A DNA stretch of 63,728 nt, the filler included. It is 8 parts of 8 records of this genome, joined end to end, with 100 filler letters (N's around TTAATTAATTAA, not from the genome) between each part and the next. Parts side by side here need not be neighbours in the genome. Positions count along the whole stretch, not along the records: positions 38,513 to 50,456 come from SRR7504441_11656; positions 50,557 to 58,972 come from SRR7504441_11668; 6 more parts are not named here. One strand, written 5' to 3'. Positions 38,772 through 50,821 of the stretch are shown here, piece by piece. The translations under genes and the position numbers were made by a program. Numbering within the stretch: the stretch's first letter is position 1; each line of letters begins with the position of its first letter. Under the pieces are notes generated by a model. The model ran no database searches and had not been told where the DNA came from. It was given only the letters and a program-made list of their open reading frames with translations.

Positions 38772-41700
38772 CTATGCGTCCGTGACAGCAATCTCATGAT
38801 CACTCAAAACTTCTAAATCGAGTGTCGGCTCACCTCCAGACTTGTTCACAGGAGTGCCAACAAACACCAAGTACTTGTTGCCTGATGCAGTAAGTGTTGC
38901 ATCAACAACGACAGATGTTTGCCCATGAGTGCTCACGCTGCCCTTAACCAGCTTCCACTTCTCCTGTGTCATTTCGACGATGCACAGCGCCACAAGGCAC
39001 GTCCCTGCTGTGGATGGGCTGTACGAGCACTCTGCCCGGACCATGGTGTCTGTATTAATCTTAACAATCTTGGACGGAGCCCGAATGGCGTATTGCATCA
39101 TGTCAAAGTTACCGACAGTGGTCATTGGCCGGGACACCCCGTCCATGGACTTCTCAGGGAATGGCGTGTCGCCAAAGAACTTAGCAAAGTCCCCGGTGGA
39201 TTCCTCACTCCTGGCAAAGCCGCCAACTTTTGCCGCTGCAACGCATGGGGTGACAAACTTGTGCACCTCGTGCTTCCGGCGGTCAGAGGCGTTCAGACGC
39301 TCTGGCAGGGTCGGCAGAGTGCTGGTATCCAAAGTTGCCTCAGCGTGTCTGAGGGTTGAAAGCGCTTGGTATGAGCCAGCGATCTTGGCACAGGCCTTCT
39401 CGTAAATCAGCGGCCACATCATGCCAGAAGCTGAGCAAGCTGAGATTGGTTTGCCATCTATTGCAGGGACAAAGTCATCCACCATCACCCTGTGCGTCTC
39501 ACCCAAATATTGGACGACGACTTCATAAACACCATAATCTGAGGCCTCAGTTGACGTAAATGCATCTGCTGGGTTGTCAGGAAGTGTTGCGATGAAGAAT
39601 GGATCGCCCAGTGGGCCGGCTGTCACATCAAATGATCCGAGGAATGAGCCAGAGCATGCCTCCCCTGCACGCACCCATTCGACATCATGGAACCGGCCAG
39701 GCAACATAGTGCTATCCTTTGAGTCAACAAGTGATTCGAGGCACGGTGCAAAGTTGGGATCGACAAATTTGACACTGTGCTGGCGACACCAGCTGTTGAC
39801 GTTGTCGATGGAGGATCGGTCATCAATGGATGGCTGCATGGGTGCTCCACCACGCAGAACAGCTGCTGATGCATCGCCATTTTCGGCAGACTTCTTCATG
39901 TCCTCCTCACTTGCAACAGCTCCAGCCTGGAGCAAAGCCTGTGCAGCGGCAAGGTTGCCGAGACGGACTGCAACCTGCAGCGGAGTCCAGTTGTTTCGAT
40001 CCCGCACATCTGGTGATGCTCCTCGCTTGAGGAGAGTTGGGATCATGCTGATGTGCTGCTTTCCTCCCCAGTGGACCAGCCGATGCAGCAAAGTGAATCC
40101 AGCGTGATCCTTGAGGTCGATGTCACTCAACTGACCGAGGAAAGATTCCGCAATGCCGTGCTGTCCAAAGTAGCATGCATTCCACAGCGGAGCCAACCAG
40201 CCACCAATGTTTGCTGATCCAAGCATGCCTTGGATAGACTGAGTTGTGCTGACCTCACCACAGGGCTGTGCAAGTGGCTCAATGCCAGGCTGGAAACCTG
40301 CACGAATCACTGGAGGGAGAAGTCCCAAGACCTCAACATCATGAGGACGAGAGCTGAGCAGACTCTGGAAGATTTCATTGTTGTGGTTCTCAACACAGTG
40401 ATGAATGGGAGTGGTACCATGAATGTCGACACCACACGGGTCAGCACCCTTGCGCAGCAACAGTTGAGATATCCCCTGGTAGTCCCGCTCAACAGCATAG
40501 GAAAGTCCAGTCTCGTTGTCCAGATCCATAGCATTCACATTGCAGTTGCCCTGAAGCAACACCTCGACACAAGGGAGCCGACCACTTTCCTCGCCACTTG
40601 ATCCACCAACAACAGCAAGGTGCAGCGGTGTGCGATTCCAGTACGCAGCGGCATCCACAGGTGCACCAGCGTCGATGAGCATCTTACAGATGTCTGGATC
40701 GCCAGCAAGCGCAGCTTCATGGAGAGGAGTCATCTTCTTGAGATACTGACCACCAGCAATGGATGCATCGGCACGGGCATTGAGCAGGTGGCCGACGCAC
40801 TCCATTTGTCCAGCCATTGCCGCAAAGATGAGTGCGGTTTGGTTGTATTTGTTGACTGCATTGACATTTGAGTCACCAGACAACAGTTTACGCAGAACAG
40901 TGCCTGCTCCTGCTGATGCCGCACAGTGAAGTGGTGTTGCACCATCTGAGCCGCGCTCGGCACGGAAAGAGACATCAGCTTCGTCAATCAGGCGGAGGGC
41001 AAGTGCAGCTACTTGGGACAGGGTCGAGGTCTTGGTGCTGTCCATGATTTCGTGGAACACACTTGGATCTTTTTTGGCCAATTCCACAGCAGCATCACCC
41101 AGGAACGTCTTATCGTGTTCTGAAATGCCTTCCTTGGTCACCTCTGCTCCAATGTACTGCGCAATTGACACGCCGTTTGGACCACAAGACGTATCCAGAT
41201 CATGCTCCAGCATCTTCTGAAGCACTGGCGCACTACCAGCGCCGAAGACCAGCTCAACAGGCTTGCTGCCTGCAACGCCTTGGTTCACATCTGCCCCATT
41301 GGTAATAAGTTCACAGGCAGTTGCTTCAAGGAACATGAAGCGATCTGGAGTCAGATTAGGATCATTGAGCTCCTTGAGCGTGTCAACGAGAGCAGATGGT
41401 CCAAACGCCGCACCACGCTTGAGAAGAGCAGAGCATACTGGAGCGTTGTTGCTCTTCAGTGCAACATCCAGAGGGCTCTGGCCGTCAACAAGGGTATTCA
41501 GGCTCTCGTCATTCACACAAGTAATCAGCTCCAGCAGCGACTCTTCCAGGAACGCCACTCGCTCCAGGTTGTCAGGGTTGCACTCCTGCAGCCAACCAAG
41601 GAATCTGTGCAGAGCAGGCTTTCCCTCCTTGTCGTAATCATCGAAGTGCGCTGCATCAGTGTGACTACGGATCAGCAGTTTTGTCAGATTTGACAATCCT

Positions 41701-44700
41701 GCGCGAGCTGCAATAGTCAGTGCTGGCTCCTGTTCCACACCAACTGGCACATTTGGATTGGCGCCATTCTCAAGTAGCAACATTGCCATCTTCTCCATAT
41801 CCTGACGCTTTGCAGCATTGCCCCAGGCCGGGTTTGATGGATCAAAGACCTCCAGGCAGTGAGCAAGAGGACGCTGGTAGTTGACATCTGCTTGAGCATC
41901 AACCATGCGCTTGACAAGGTCGACACGTCCAGTGTCAATCCCCATGATCAGAATCGATTTCCCGCCTGATTCGAGGGTCGCACCACTCTCCATCAACTTC
42001 TCCATCAACTTGTAGATGACACTGTAAAGGAATTCAAGTCGGGCATCAGCTTGGTCATCAAGTTCATTCTGATCAATAGTATTGACCTGGGTAAGTGCAA
42101 CAACAAGTGGGGAGCACAAGTTGGCGTCCAGCTCAAACCTGTGCAATAGCTGTCCTGTGAATGTACGTGCGTCGTTCAGGATGGCGCAAGTGAGAGGAGT
42201 GTTGTTCTCATAGATCTCATTGATGCTGTCTGTGGCGCTGAGCAGCTTCTCCAGAGTATAGTTCAGGAAGTTGACGCGCTCAGGATTGCCTGCAGCCTTG
42301 GGCATTTCACCCAAAGCCTTATGGAACGGGTAGCCATCATGAATGTTGCACTTCTTCTCCAGAAGCATATCAATGAACGACAGGTTGTTTGCCATGATGC
42401 TCAGGGTGAATGCAGTCTCATTGTTTGGACCCAGCATCTTTGTGCCAATGCCCGCAGACACGAGAGACACGACCAGACGCTCAAGGTAGTCTTTGACTTC
42501 TTCATCAGTTGTCTTGATGAGCTCATTGAGCACATCAAACAGATCGTTGTGCAGTGCCTTCCGATCTTGAATAATGATGAAAGCAAGGTAGGAACGGGCA
42601 GCCACTGCTTGCGCGAACCCATGCTGGGCTCCACTGTCAACATCGGCCTCCTGCTCGAGCAGGTACATTGCCACTTTCTCAAGGAAGTCACGGTCTTCAT
42701 CCTCACACTTCTTAAGCTCCTCCAGACAGAAGTTGAAAGGTGCTCCAATGTTGGCATCTGCACCAGCTGCGAGAATGCCAGTTTCACCAAGGACCAAGCC
42801 CTCGTGTCTTGCCATGATACCGAGAATGAGGGGTGTCTTCCCATCGCGCTCGTAGTTGAGAGATGCGCCGCCCTCTCTCCTCTTGTTGCGCTTGTCAATG
42901 ATGTCCTGGATAATCATGTTGGCCATGTTGTTTGTGAAGGCATCATTGGGGTCTTTCAGGAAACCTCCCATGATGTCAAACAGCGTTGAACGGCCCAGCT
43001 CAGCATCAGCAAGAGTAAGAAGTTGCACCACTTCTTGTCTACCAGAATTCCATGACAGTGCCAGAGGAGTGGTGTTCTCATAGGGCTCATTCACATCAGC
43101 CTTGGCATCAACAAGCATTTTCACAATCTTGAAAAGCCCCTCATAGCGAGGACCGCTTGGTGGCTGCAGTTTGCACAGCTCATGCACGGTGAAGAAGAAG
43201 ACGTGGTTCTTGTTGACATCGGCACCAGCCTTGATAAGTGCAGACACTGCAGCCTGTCCAAATGGCAGGTCATCATGCACATCCTCGATAGCTCTGCGAA
43301 GAGGTGTCTTGTGTTCAAACTCGTCATCCAGGTTGACATTGGGCTGAGCGGTCATTGCATGGAACACTTCCTCCAAGAAAATCATGCGTCCAGCACCATA
43401 GTGAGCAGCCGAGGGGTTTGGTGCATGCTGCTCAAGGAATGGAATCTTGGCAGGGTCGATCTCACACATCTCCTCCACACACTTGTTCAGGATGTGTGCG
43501 GCCTCCAGATCAGCGCCATGGAAGATCAGGGCTTTAGCAGCAGCCTCGTTGCCAGCAGCCATCAGATGCTCGATGCAAGAATTGCCGTTGTACCTGTCGT
43601 TCAATGTCCTGGCAGCACCAGTGCGAATTTTTGGGTAAACGTTGCCCCAGGTGGCATTCACATCTGCACCGGCTTCAATGACGGTCACAATGCTCTGGCC
43701 AAGGAATTGCAGCTCTCGCTCCTGTCCAGGCTCCTCGCTCAGAGTGCGAAGCTTGCGACAGAGTTTGCCAATGATGTTTTCGTCATGGATGTTTGCACCA
43801 ACAGAGGCCAGCCTGTGCACAGCCCGCGCTTGCCCAGCAGTGATTGCAAGCATCAGTGGAGTGTTGCCTTCAGCGTTGGCGTTTACATCAACACCACCAG
43901 CAGCAAGCACATCAATGCAGTCGAGCAGAAATTCTTCGCGCTCGAGATCAGCCGTGCCATCAATTGGGTTGCGGCACATGGTGAGCTCCTTGACCACACG
44001 GTTCAGAGGGTAGCCCTTGGAGCAGTCAGCACCCTTGTCCACGAGCATCTTGACAACATCGTAGTCAAACGAGCCACCAGGCAGCAGGGAAGCATCGAGT
44101 ACACTGACCCCATCCACAGAAGCATTCACATCAGACTCGTAATCGATCATGTCACTGATCAGGACCCGCAGGCCCTCTACACGTCCTGGAGAATGGAAAG
44201 TGCTGGTCATCTCATGGACCAGACACCACAGAATCGTCCGGCCGTCTTCGTTCAAGAAGGAGGCCAGTCTGTTCGGGATCTCATCGCCCAGCTTGTACTG
44301 ACCCTTCTGCAGCGGGTTGCAGCCCTCGTTGTTCATGACATCCAGCCGCGCGCCCATGTCAATCAGAGCCATCACCACCTCTCTGTTCCCCTGGGTGCAT
44401 GCCAGGTGCAGAGGGGTGTCTCCCTGAGTGTTGACGTGTCCGTTCACTTCGGCTCCATTGTCCAGCAGGCACTTGACCATCTTCAGGTTGCCCTGCGAGG
44501 CCGCCGCAAACAGCGCAGTCTCTCCCGAGAGCGACACTTGGTTGAGGTCTGCGCCAGCTTCTAGCAGGATCTTCACAATCGGCTCGTTGTCCGAGGCCAC
44601 TGCCCGGTGCACCGGTGTCCGGCCGGTGTCACTAGCGTGGTTGGGATCGGCCTCCGCCTTCAGCAGTGCCATCACCACTTTGTCGTGCCCCTTGGCAGCT

Positions 44701-45688
44701 GCGTACATCAGAGGTGTGTTGCCCGAGTTCTGCATCGCATTCACGTCGGCGCCGTAGTCGAGCAGTGCAGTCAGGATCTCCATGTACCCTCGCTCTGCCG
44801 CGCAGTGCAGCGCAGTCGAACCCTTCTCTGTCTTCATCTCCAGGTCGGCTCCGCGCTCCACCAGCACTTGCAGCACGTCCAGGTGGCCTTCCATGGCAGC
44901 AAAGTGCAGAGCGGTCGAGCCATCATTCTGCTGCTCGTTCAGGTTGCCTTGGTAGTCAATCAACAGCTCCACGATGTCGGTGTACCCGCGGCCCGCGGCG
45001 TAGTGCAGCGCGGTGGACCCCAGGTTGTTCTTAAAGTGCGGCCGCGCCCCGCCTTCAAGCAGTGCCATTGTAGTGTCGATGTGACCATGGGCTGCTGCGT
45101 AGTGCAGCGCAGTGTTGCCCTTGCACCGGTGCAGCATCACGCACGGCGGGTACTTGCTCGCCAACACCTTCACGGTGTCGGTGTGCCCGTAGCTCGCCGC
45201 CAGATGCAGCGCCGTCTGCGCCCGAGGGTCCTCGATGGTGGCGTCAGCCCCATTCGCAAGCAGCACTTCAGTCACCTCTACGTTGTTGTTCTCGGCGGCG
45301 ATGTGGAGAGGGCTCAGCCCATCCTCCGTGTCGCACGCGTTCGGGTCCGCCCCGTTCTCGAGCAAGAACTCGATCAGGGCCAGCTGGTCCGGCAGCCAGT
45401 TTGGGTTTGTCAGACCGGCCGCGATGTGGATCGGTTGGATGCCGCGCTCGTCCGCATCGTCGACGAATGCTGCCGGTTTGGGCTCCCTAATCCCGGACAG
45501 GTAAGTCCGCTCGGCCAGTTTCTCCTGCCGGAAGCCCTCGTCCACCAGCGCCTGCGGCCGCAGTGAGCGCCTGGCCGCCGAGCGGGGGGCACCTTGACTG
45601 TCTCCAGGCTGCAAGTGCTCACGGCTTCGTGGATCGAGCCCGGTTGATACTTGACTGCGGAGGCCGTGGCGATCCTCACAGCCACCAT
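38772..45688 (-). CDS. Giant ankyrin-repeat protein (2,291 aa) with a C-terminal inactive calpain-like region
   Basis: Exon 1 MVAVRIATASA...ETVK, intron 45552-45592, then a 6.8-kb exon. Dozens of ankyrin repeats; calpain-like motifs FVDPNF, EWVRA, GPLGDPFFIA, VDDFVP, WPLIYEKACAKIAGSYQAL. Confidence 0.9.
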
Positions 45689-45842
45689 TTCCGCTCAAGC
45701 TGCTCTCGCCTGCTCACGCAGACCCTCGCAAGCCTCTCGAGCTGGCTCAACGCAACAGCAAGGTGTCGTAACGGCAGAGCTGCATTCCACGCATAAAAAC
45801 AAAAAACGGCTTCTCACGACTCACACCGCGGCCGCGGAGGAA

Positions 45843-46694
45843 ATGGATTGGAGAGAGGTGGCCGGGGAGCTATTCGACTACCACGCGGTGGACGGAGCGC
45901 TGGACGAGCGGTCGTTCAGCCAGCTGCTGCAGGAGGGGATGGCCTACTCGTTCGTCGAGCCCGGCTGCATCACAAACCAGCTCAAGGGCGACCTGCGATG
46001 CGCGGTGGCCCGGGTGAGCTTGCCCGGGATCGGCTCTCCGCTGTTCTCGGGGGTGTTCGCGTTCTTTGACATCCAGGGCAAGGGGCTCGTCCAGCGCGAG
46101 CAGCTTCTGGCCGGGCTCGAGCAGTTTCTGACTGGCAGCTGGCCGCAGAAGCTCCAGTTCCTGTTCTTCGTCACCGACCGCAACCAGGACGGGCTGCTCA
46201 CCCCGGACGAGATGGAGCAGTTCTTGCAGCACTTCCGGAGCTTCTACTACCAGATGGCCCGCAGCGTGCTCATCGCCCGCCGGGCCAAACGGCACGCGGA
46301 CACGGCCGGGCTGGACGAGCGGATTGGGCTGGTCGAGGAGCAGCTGGGCTGCCAGCCGCGGATGGTGTCCCAGCAGTGCCGGGACCGGCTGGCCCAGCTG
46401 GACGCCGACCAGGACGGGCACGTCTCAGCCTCGGAGTGGGCGGCTGCAGAGTTTGTGCTCCCAGTCCAGTACGGGGTGCTGCTCGCTTGCCTCGTCGGGA
46501 TAGCCGATCAGTCACGAGCAGGCCAGTTCTTTCACAATCTAGTAATCGACGAGCCCGAACCCGAGCCGGAGCCCGAGCCGGTGGAGCCGGAGCCGGTGGT
46601 GGAGGTGCGTAAGCCCTTTACAATCGACGATCTGAGAAAGCACCAATCTATCAAAGGGTTGCTCCAAATGGACACTCCCGCCGGTGTGTGCTGA
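45843..46694 (+). CDS. EF-hand calcium sensor (calcineurin B/recoverin-like)
   Basis: VFAFFDIQGKGLV, QKLQFLFFVTDRNQDGLLTPDE, DADQDGHVSASEW; apparently intronless. Confidence 0.8.
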   Translation: MDWREVAGELFDYHAVDGALDERSFSQLLQEGMAYSFVEPGCITNQLKGDLRCAVARVSLPGIGSPLFSGVFAFFDIQGKGLVQREQLLAGLEQFLTGSWPQKLQFLFFVTDRNQDGLLTPDEMEQFLQHFRSFYYQMARSVLIARRAKRHADTAGLDERIGLVEEQLGCQPRMVSQQCRDRLAQLDADQDGHVSASEWAAAEFVLPVQYGVLLACLVGIADQSRAGQFFHNLVIDEPEPEPEPEPVEPEPVVEVRKPFTIDDLRKHQSIKGLLQMDTPAGVC

Positions 46695-46820
46695 AGCAGC
46701 CGCCCGACCAGGCACCGCAAGACGGATAAACCTACATGAGTAGACGCACCTTATAATAATAGACTTGAATAGTTGCCCAACGTAAGTACTGTACCACAAG
46801 AGTATCGGAGTATACGTCTA

Positions 46821-46844
46821 TACTCGTACGAGTACGTACGAGTA
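46821..46844. promoter_or_regulatory. Cluster of three TACNNGTA palindromes in a convergent 3' spacer; function unknown
   Basis: tactcgtacgagtacgtacgagta; the same motif recurs in nine other 3' spacers. Confidence 0.5.
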
Positions 46845-46979
46845 CTACCAGTGCTGCGGCCCACCACGAAAGCCGGGAACAATCGAGCTAAATGATCGCT
46901 TTATATACATATGAACAAAATGCGCATTCCGTGCCGGGGTCGTGCTACACACTCGCAACACTCGTGGTAGCCCTTCCTG

Positions 46980-47621
46980 TCATAACCGGATAACAACCGG
47001 TGCCGCGCCATCTGGCAAGCTCGTCAGCGCCAGCCATTGGTGCAGTTGCTCGGGGTCGGCCCGGCCGGCGCCCCGCTCTTGCCACAGCTCCTCGCGCACC
47101 CGCTCGAGCACCGCTGTGTTGAGCATCTGCCAGTTGCTGGTGGACCGGCTCGCCCGGATCGGGCCGCTGGTCTCCAGCAGCTCCTCCACCAGCTCCGGGT
47201 GCTGCCTGTACTTTGCCATCACTGCCATGTACATCACGTGCGCCTTGATCGCATCCCAGTCTGACCGGATCGGGTACGCCCGCTCCTGCCCGAGCAGCCA
47301 AGCCCCCTGAGCCGTGGGCAGCCCCTGGATCGTCCGGCAGTGCGCCCGGGTCGCTGCGCCGCCCAGCTCCGTGTCAAATTTGGCCGCCTGATGAAGCAGT
47401 GATTCGGGCTTGGGGGACACTCCCCAACCCTAATTAAGCAGGCCCAACCCACACGCTACTCCCAGCCCTAATTAACCAAGCGCCTGTAAAAAGTGTTCGC
47501 AGCTCCGCCACTCCAGCGCTGCCGGCTGGCCGTCCAAGTAGCCGTCCAGCAGCACTGGCGCCAGCAGGAAGTTCGAAGTCGACTCAACCGGGCCGCCGTC
47601 AATCAGCGCGGAGCCGCCCAT
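46980..47621 (-). CDS. NADAR (YbiA/DUF1768) family protein
   Basis: SNFLLAP...WRSCEHFLQAAKF (across intron 47388-47483), IRSDWDAIKAHVMY...AKYRQHPELVEELLET, LERVREEL. Confidence 0.88.
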
Positions 47622-47901
47622 GGGACGGCACTTCGAGGAGATTCTAACGACTTTATTATCACATGTCGGTAGCCGGTAGGGTCCCTACCTGTCGGCCAGT
47701 GCGCTTTAAATTACGGCTTTGAAATTTGGATCCAAGAATAAGCTGATGCATCCTCGTCGTACTATATCTCCGTCGAGCTCCGAGCAAGGCTTAGTACAAT
47801 GTAATTGATTAAAGATCCCTCTACAGAGCTTTATTATTAATTAAAGAGACGAAGAGAGGTTGAAATAGTTTAATTGCATGTTTAATTGGAGGTCGAGAAG
47901 C

Positions 47902-50306
47902 TCACCCGGCAACAGCAACGGCCACCCCACGGCGCCGAATGCACATGGGCTCAATCGTGCACCACGAGTCGGTCACCGGATCATACCGTTCCACACTGGA
48001 GTGATACGTGTGTCCGTCGTAGCCTCCAACTACATACACCTGCACAAAGGTTTAGCTCTGGATGGCTTTAAGCACTCGCCTGGTTGTTGAGAACAGCAGC
48101 CGCGAGATTGCCTCGTTTGTGCTGCATGGCAGTCACAATTTGCCACTGGTCGTTGGCTGGGTCGTAGCGCTCGACGCTGGCCAGCCTGCAGTTGCAAGTC
48201 AGCAATGCAGCCACCGAGTTCAGGATCGGCAGACACCTCGAGCTGCCGTCATACCCCCCAATCGCATATATTCCACCATTCAACACGACTGCTGCCACAG
48301 CCGACCGTTTTGTGCACATGGAGGACACGGCCTCCCATCTATTTGCAGCCGGGTCGTAGCGTTCACAGCTTGGCAGATAGTTGGTTCCATCATAGCCCCC
48401 AATCTGCACACCAATGGATAAGCAGCCTGCCTATCAGACTGCAACCACAAAGATGTAGCCTTGGTAGACAGCAGCAGCAAGGTATGACCTGTGAGCACAG
48501 ATTAGGCAGCGTCGCCTGCAACCAAACCTGCTCGTGTTCATCGAAGCACAGGTCTCCCAAAAATTGTAGACAGGGTCATACTTCTCCATCGTTGAAAGGT
48601 CGTGCTGCCCATCGTAGCCCCCAATTGCGTAGATGCAGCCATTCAACACGACCACCGCAGCCCATTCTCTCTTGACGTTCATTGGACACACCTAGGCCAA
48701 GCATAACCGGAGCCAAGCTCGGCCTGCAGCACCTGTGTCCAGACGTTGCTCGAGGAGCAGTACCTCTCGCAGGTCGGCAGGTAGTTGGATCCATCATAGC
48801 CCCCCAGAGCGTACACATACCTGATGCAAGCTCACGACCCCCGAGGACGGCCGGTGGGGCTCACCCGCCCAGCACTGCCGCCACCATGCAGTATCGCTTA
48901 GCGCTCATTGGAGCCACCTGGAGCCACTAAGCGCCCCAAAGCAGCGACTGCCGCACCTGCTGCCAGGTATTGGTGATCCGGTCGTACCGTTCGACCGAGT
49001 TGAGATAATTGTGCCCGTTGTGACCTCCGAGCGAATATATGAACCCGGAACTGGTCTGCTCCTGAACCGCCTGCCCCCCCGCTCAAACCGGCAATTGATA
49101 GCCGGAGCCGCCTTGGCAGACTCCTTCTGCACATCCAGCATGCACTGGAGCGATGCGATCGTGCCAGCCTGCGCCTCACACTGCACGGCAAACGTGACAA
49201 GAGCGACTCTTTGGACAGCACCTTGCCCTCGAGCTCACCAATCCGGTGCACATAGCTGCTTTCCATCTGCCAGCCCCATTCGGATAGATCCAGCACTGCG
49301 GGCGTCACCTGCTTCATCTCCTCACGCAACTTGTCCAGATCAGCCTTGTAGACTGTCATGAAGTCGCGACTGTTTTCAAACCAGCACTCCTCCATGTGCT
49401 TATCATACTGCAGGCGTCCACCGGTCCATTTGCACCCAAAGCTGGCGTTTCGGCAAGGGATACTCGCACGGGGACAGACCTGGCCTGGCGGTGATCACAC
49501 GCCCAAGACAGCCCAGTACCTCGTGATGTGCTGCGAGCAACCCTCTGGCTACCACTTCCCCGCAACCGTCAGGACACGGCACCTTCTTCCCGGCACACTG
49601 CGCACTCTCGCTGCAAGCACGCCCGCTGAGAAGCTGGACCGGAGCTGGCGTCACCGGTGCGCTTCGAGCTGGTCGAGTGGTACTACCATCTCGCAGGGGT
49701 ACAGCCCACACGGCGCCGGCCGCTTGTCGCAGCAATCTGAACACGTCCAGTCAGAGCAGTCAGGGTCCCACGCCTGAGCCGTACCTTCATGCGCGGCCAG
49801 GCACTGCCTGGTGAACTCCTCGCCGCAGTGCTTGCACTGGGTGGGCGCGTAGCCGCAGCTCTCGACATGGCTGGCCAGGGAAACCACTTCGACCCTCTCG
49901 GGGCAGCCGTGCTGCTCGTACTCGCAGCTCACCTGCACTCACCGTCGAAGGCACGCACCGGCCAGCAGCTAACCTTGAGCCGGGCAATCACATTGCTGAT
50001 CGGACGCGAGGTCTGCAGATCTTCGATGCTGCACGCGATCCGGTCCAGCGGGCACTCGCCCTTACGCGCCAAAGCCTCCTCGATGCACGCGCGGCAAAAC
50101 AGGTGCTGACACGGCAGCTGGAGTGGCTCGTCGGATTTGGTGGGGACGAGCCCGCACACCTGTGCATGCAGGCTGGCAGACAGGCCAGCCGCAGCCGGGC
50201 CACCGGGCACAGGAGCTCCTCGACCACCCGGCGGTCCACCTCGGTGAATCTGCATCAGGCTCAGCGCCGCCCGGGCAGCCACTGGCGAGCACCGCGAAGA
50301 GTCCAT
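47902..50306 (-). CDS. RING, TRAF-type zinc finger, coiled-coil and Kelch-repeat protein (putative E3 ligase)
   Basis: CPVC...PCQHLFCRACIEEAL...CPLDR; CEYEQHGC..HVESC and CKHC..H fingers; about six GGYDG...ERYDP...W Kelch repeats. Confidence 0.85.
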
Positions 50307-50456
50307 CGGCGGCTCCGCACCAGCTGTATGCCTTGTTGCCCTGCGGTGTGCCGATTTTTTTGTGCCCTCCACAAGTCACTGCCAGGCGACTGGGGGGGCA
50401 CCGGGGTAGTGAGCGGGGACGACCGCTCGGGGGTCGTTCCCGGGGATAGTCGCCGC

Positions 50457-50556
50457 NNNNNNNNNNNNNNNNNNNNNNNNNNNNNNNNNNNNNNNNNNNN
50501 TTAATTAATTAANNNNNNNNNNNNNNNNNNNNNNNNNNNNNNNNNNNNNNNNNNNN
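50457..50556. other. Artificial contig spacer
   Basis: N run with TTAATTAATTAA. Confidence 0.98.
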
Positions 50557-50620
50557 CCCCCCCCCCCCCGCCGAGTATTTACTCATATTTCAAACATTTA
50601 TATACATATACTCGCCGCAC

Positions 50621-50779
50621 CTCGTCGCCGTAGCCGTTGGCGCTCGGGTCGAGCGGCCCGCTGCAGTTGGTGCAGTAGTCCGAGTTCCAGCCGAGCCCCG
50701 GCAGCCGGCCCAGCCCGTTGTCCAGCCCCAGCGAGCAGGAGAGCGTGCCCAGCATCAAGAGAATAGCCAGAGTAGCCAT
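50621..50779 (-). CDS. First exon of a secreted GH27 alpha-galactosidase-like protein (truncated)
   Basis: Signal peptide followed by LDNGLGRLPGLGWNS. Confidence 0.75.
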
Positions 50780-50821
50780 CTTGATAAGAAAAGTCCGTTG
50801 TAAACGCCTCGTCCGGACGCA

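Noticed and set aside
43182-45566. Long plus-strand ORFs (460 and 319 aa)
   Set aside because: Antisense shadows of the ankyrin gene caused by codon bias
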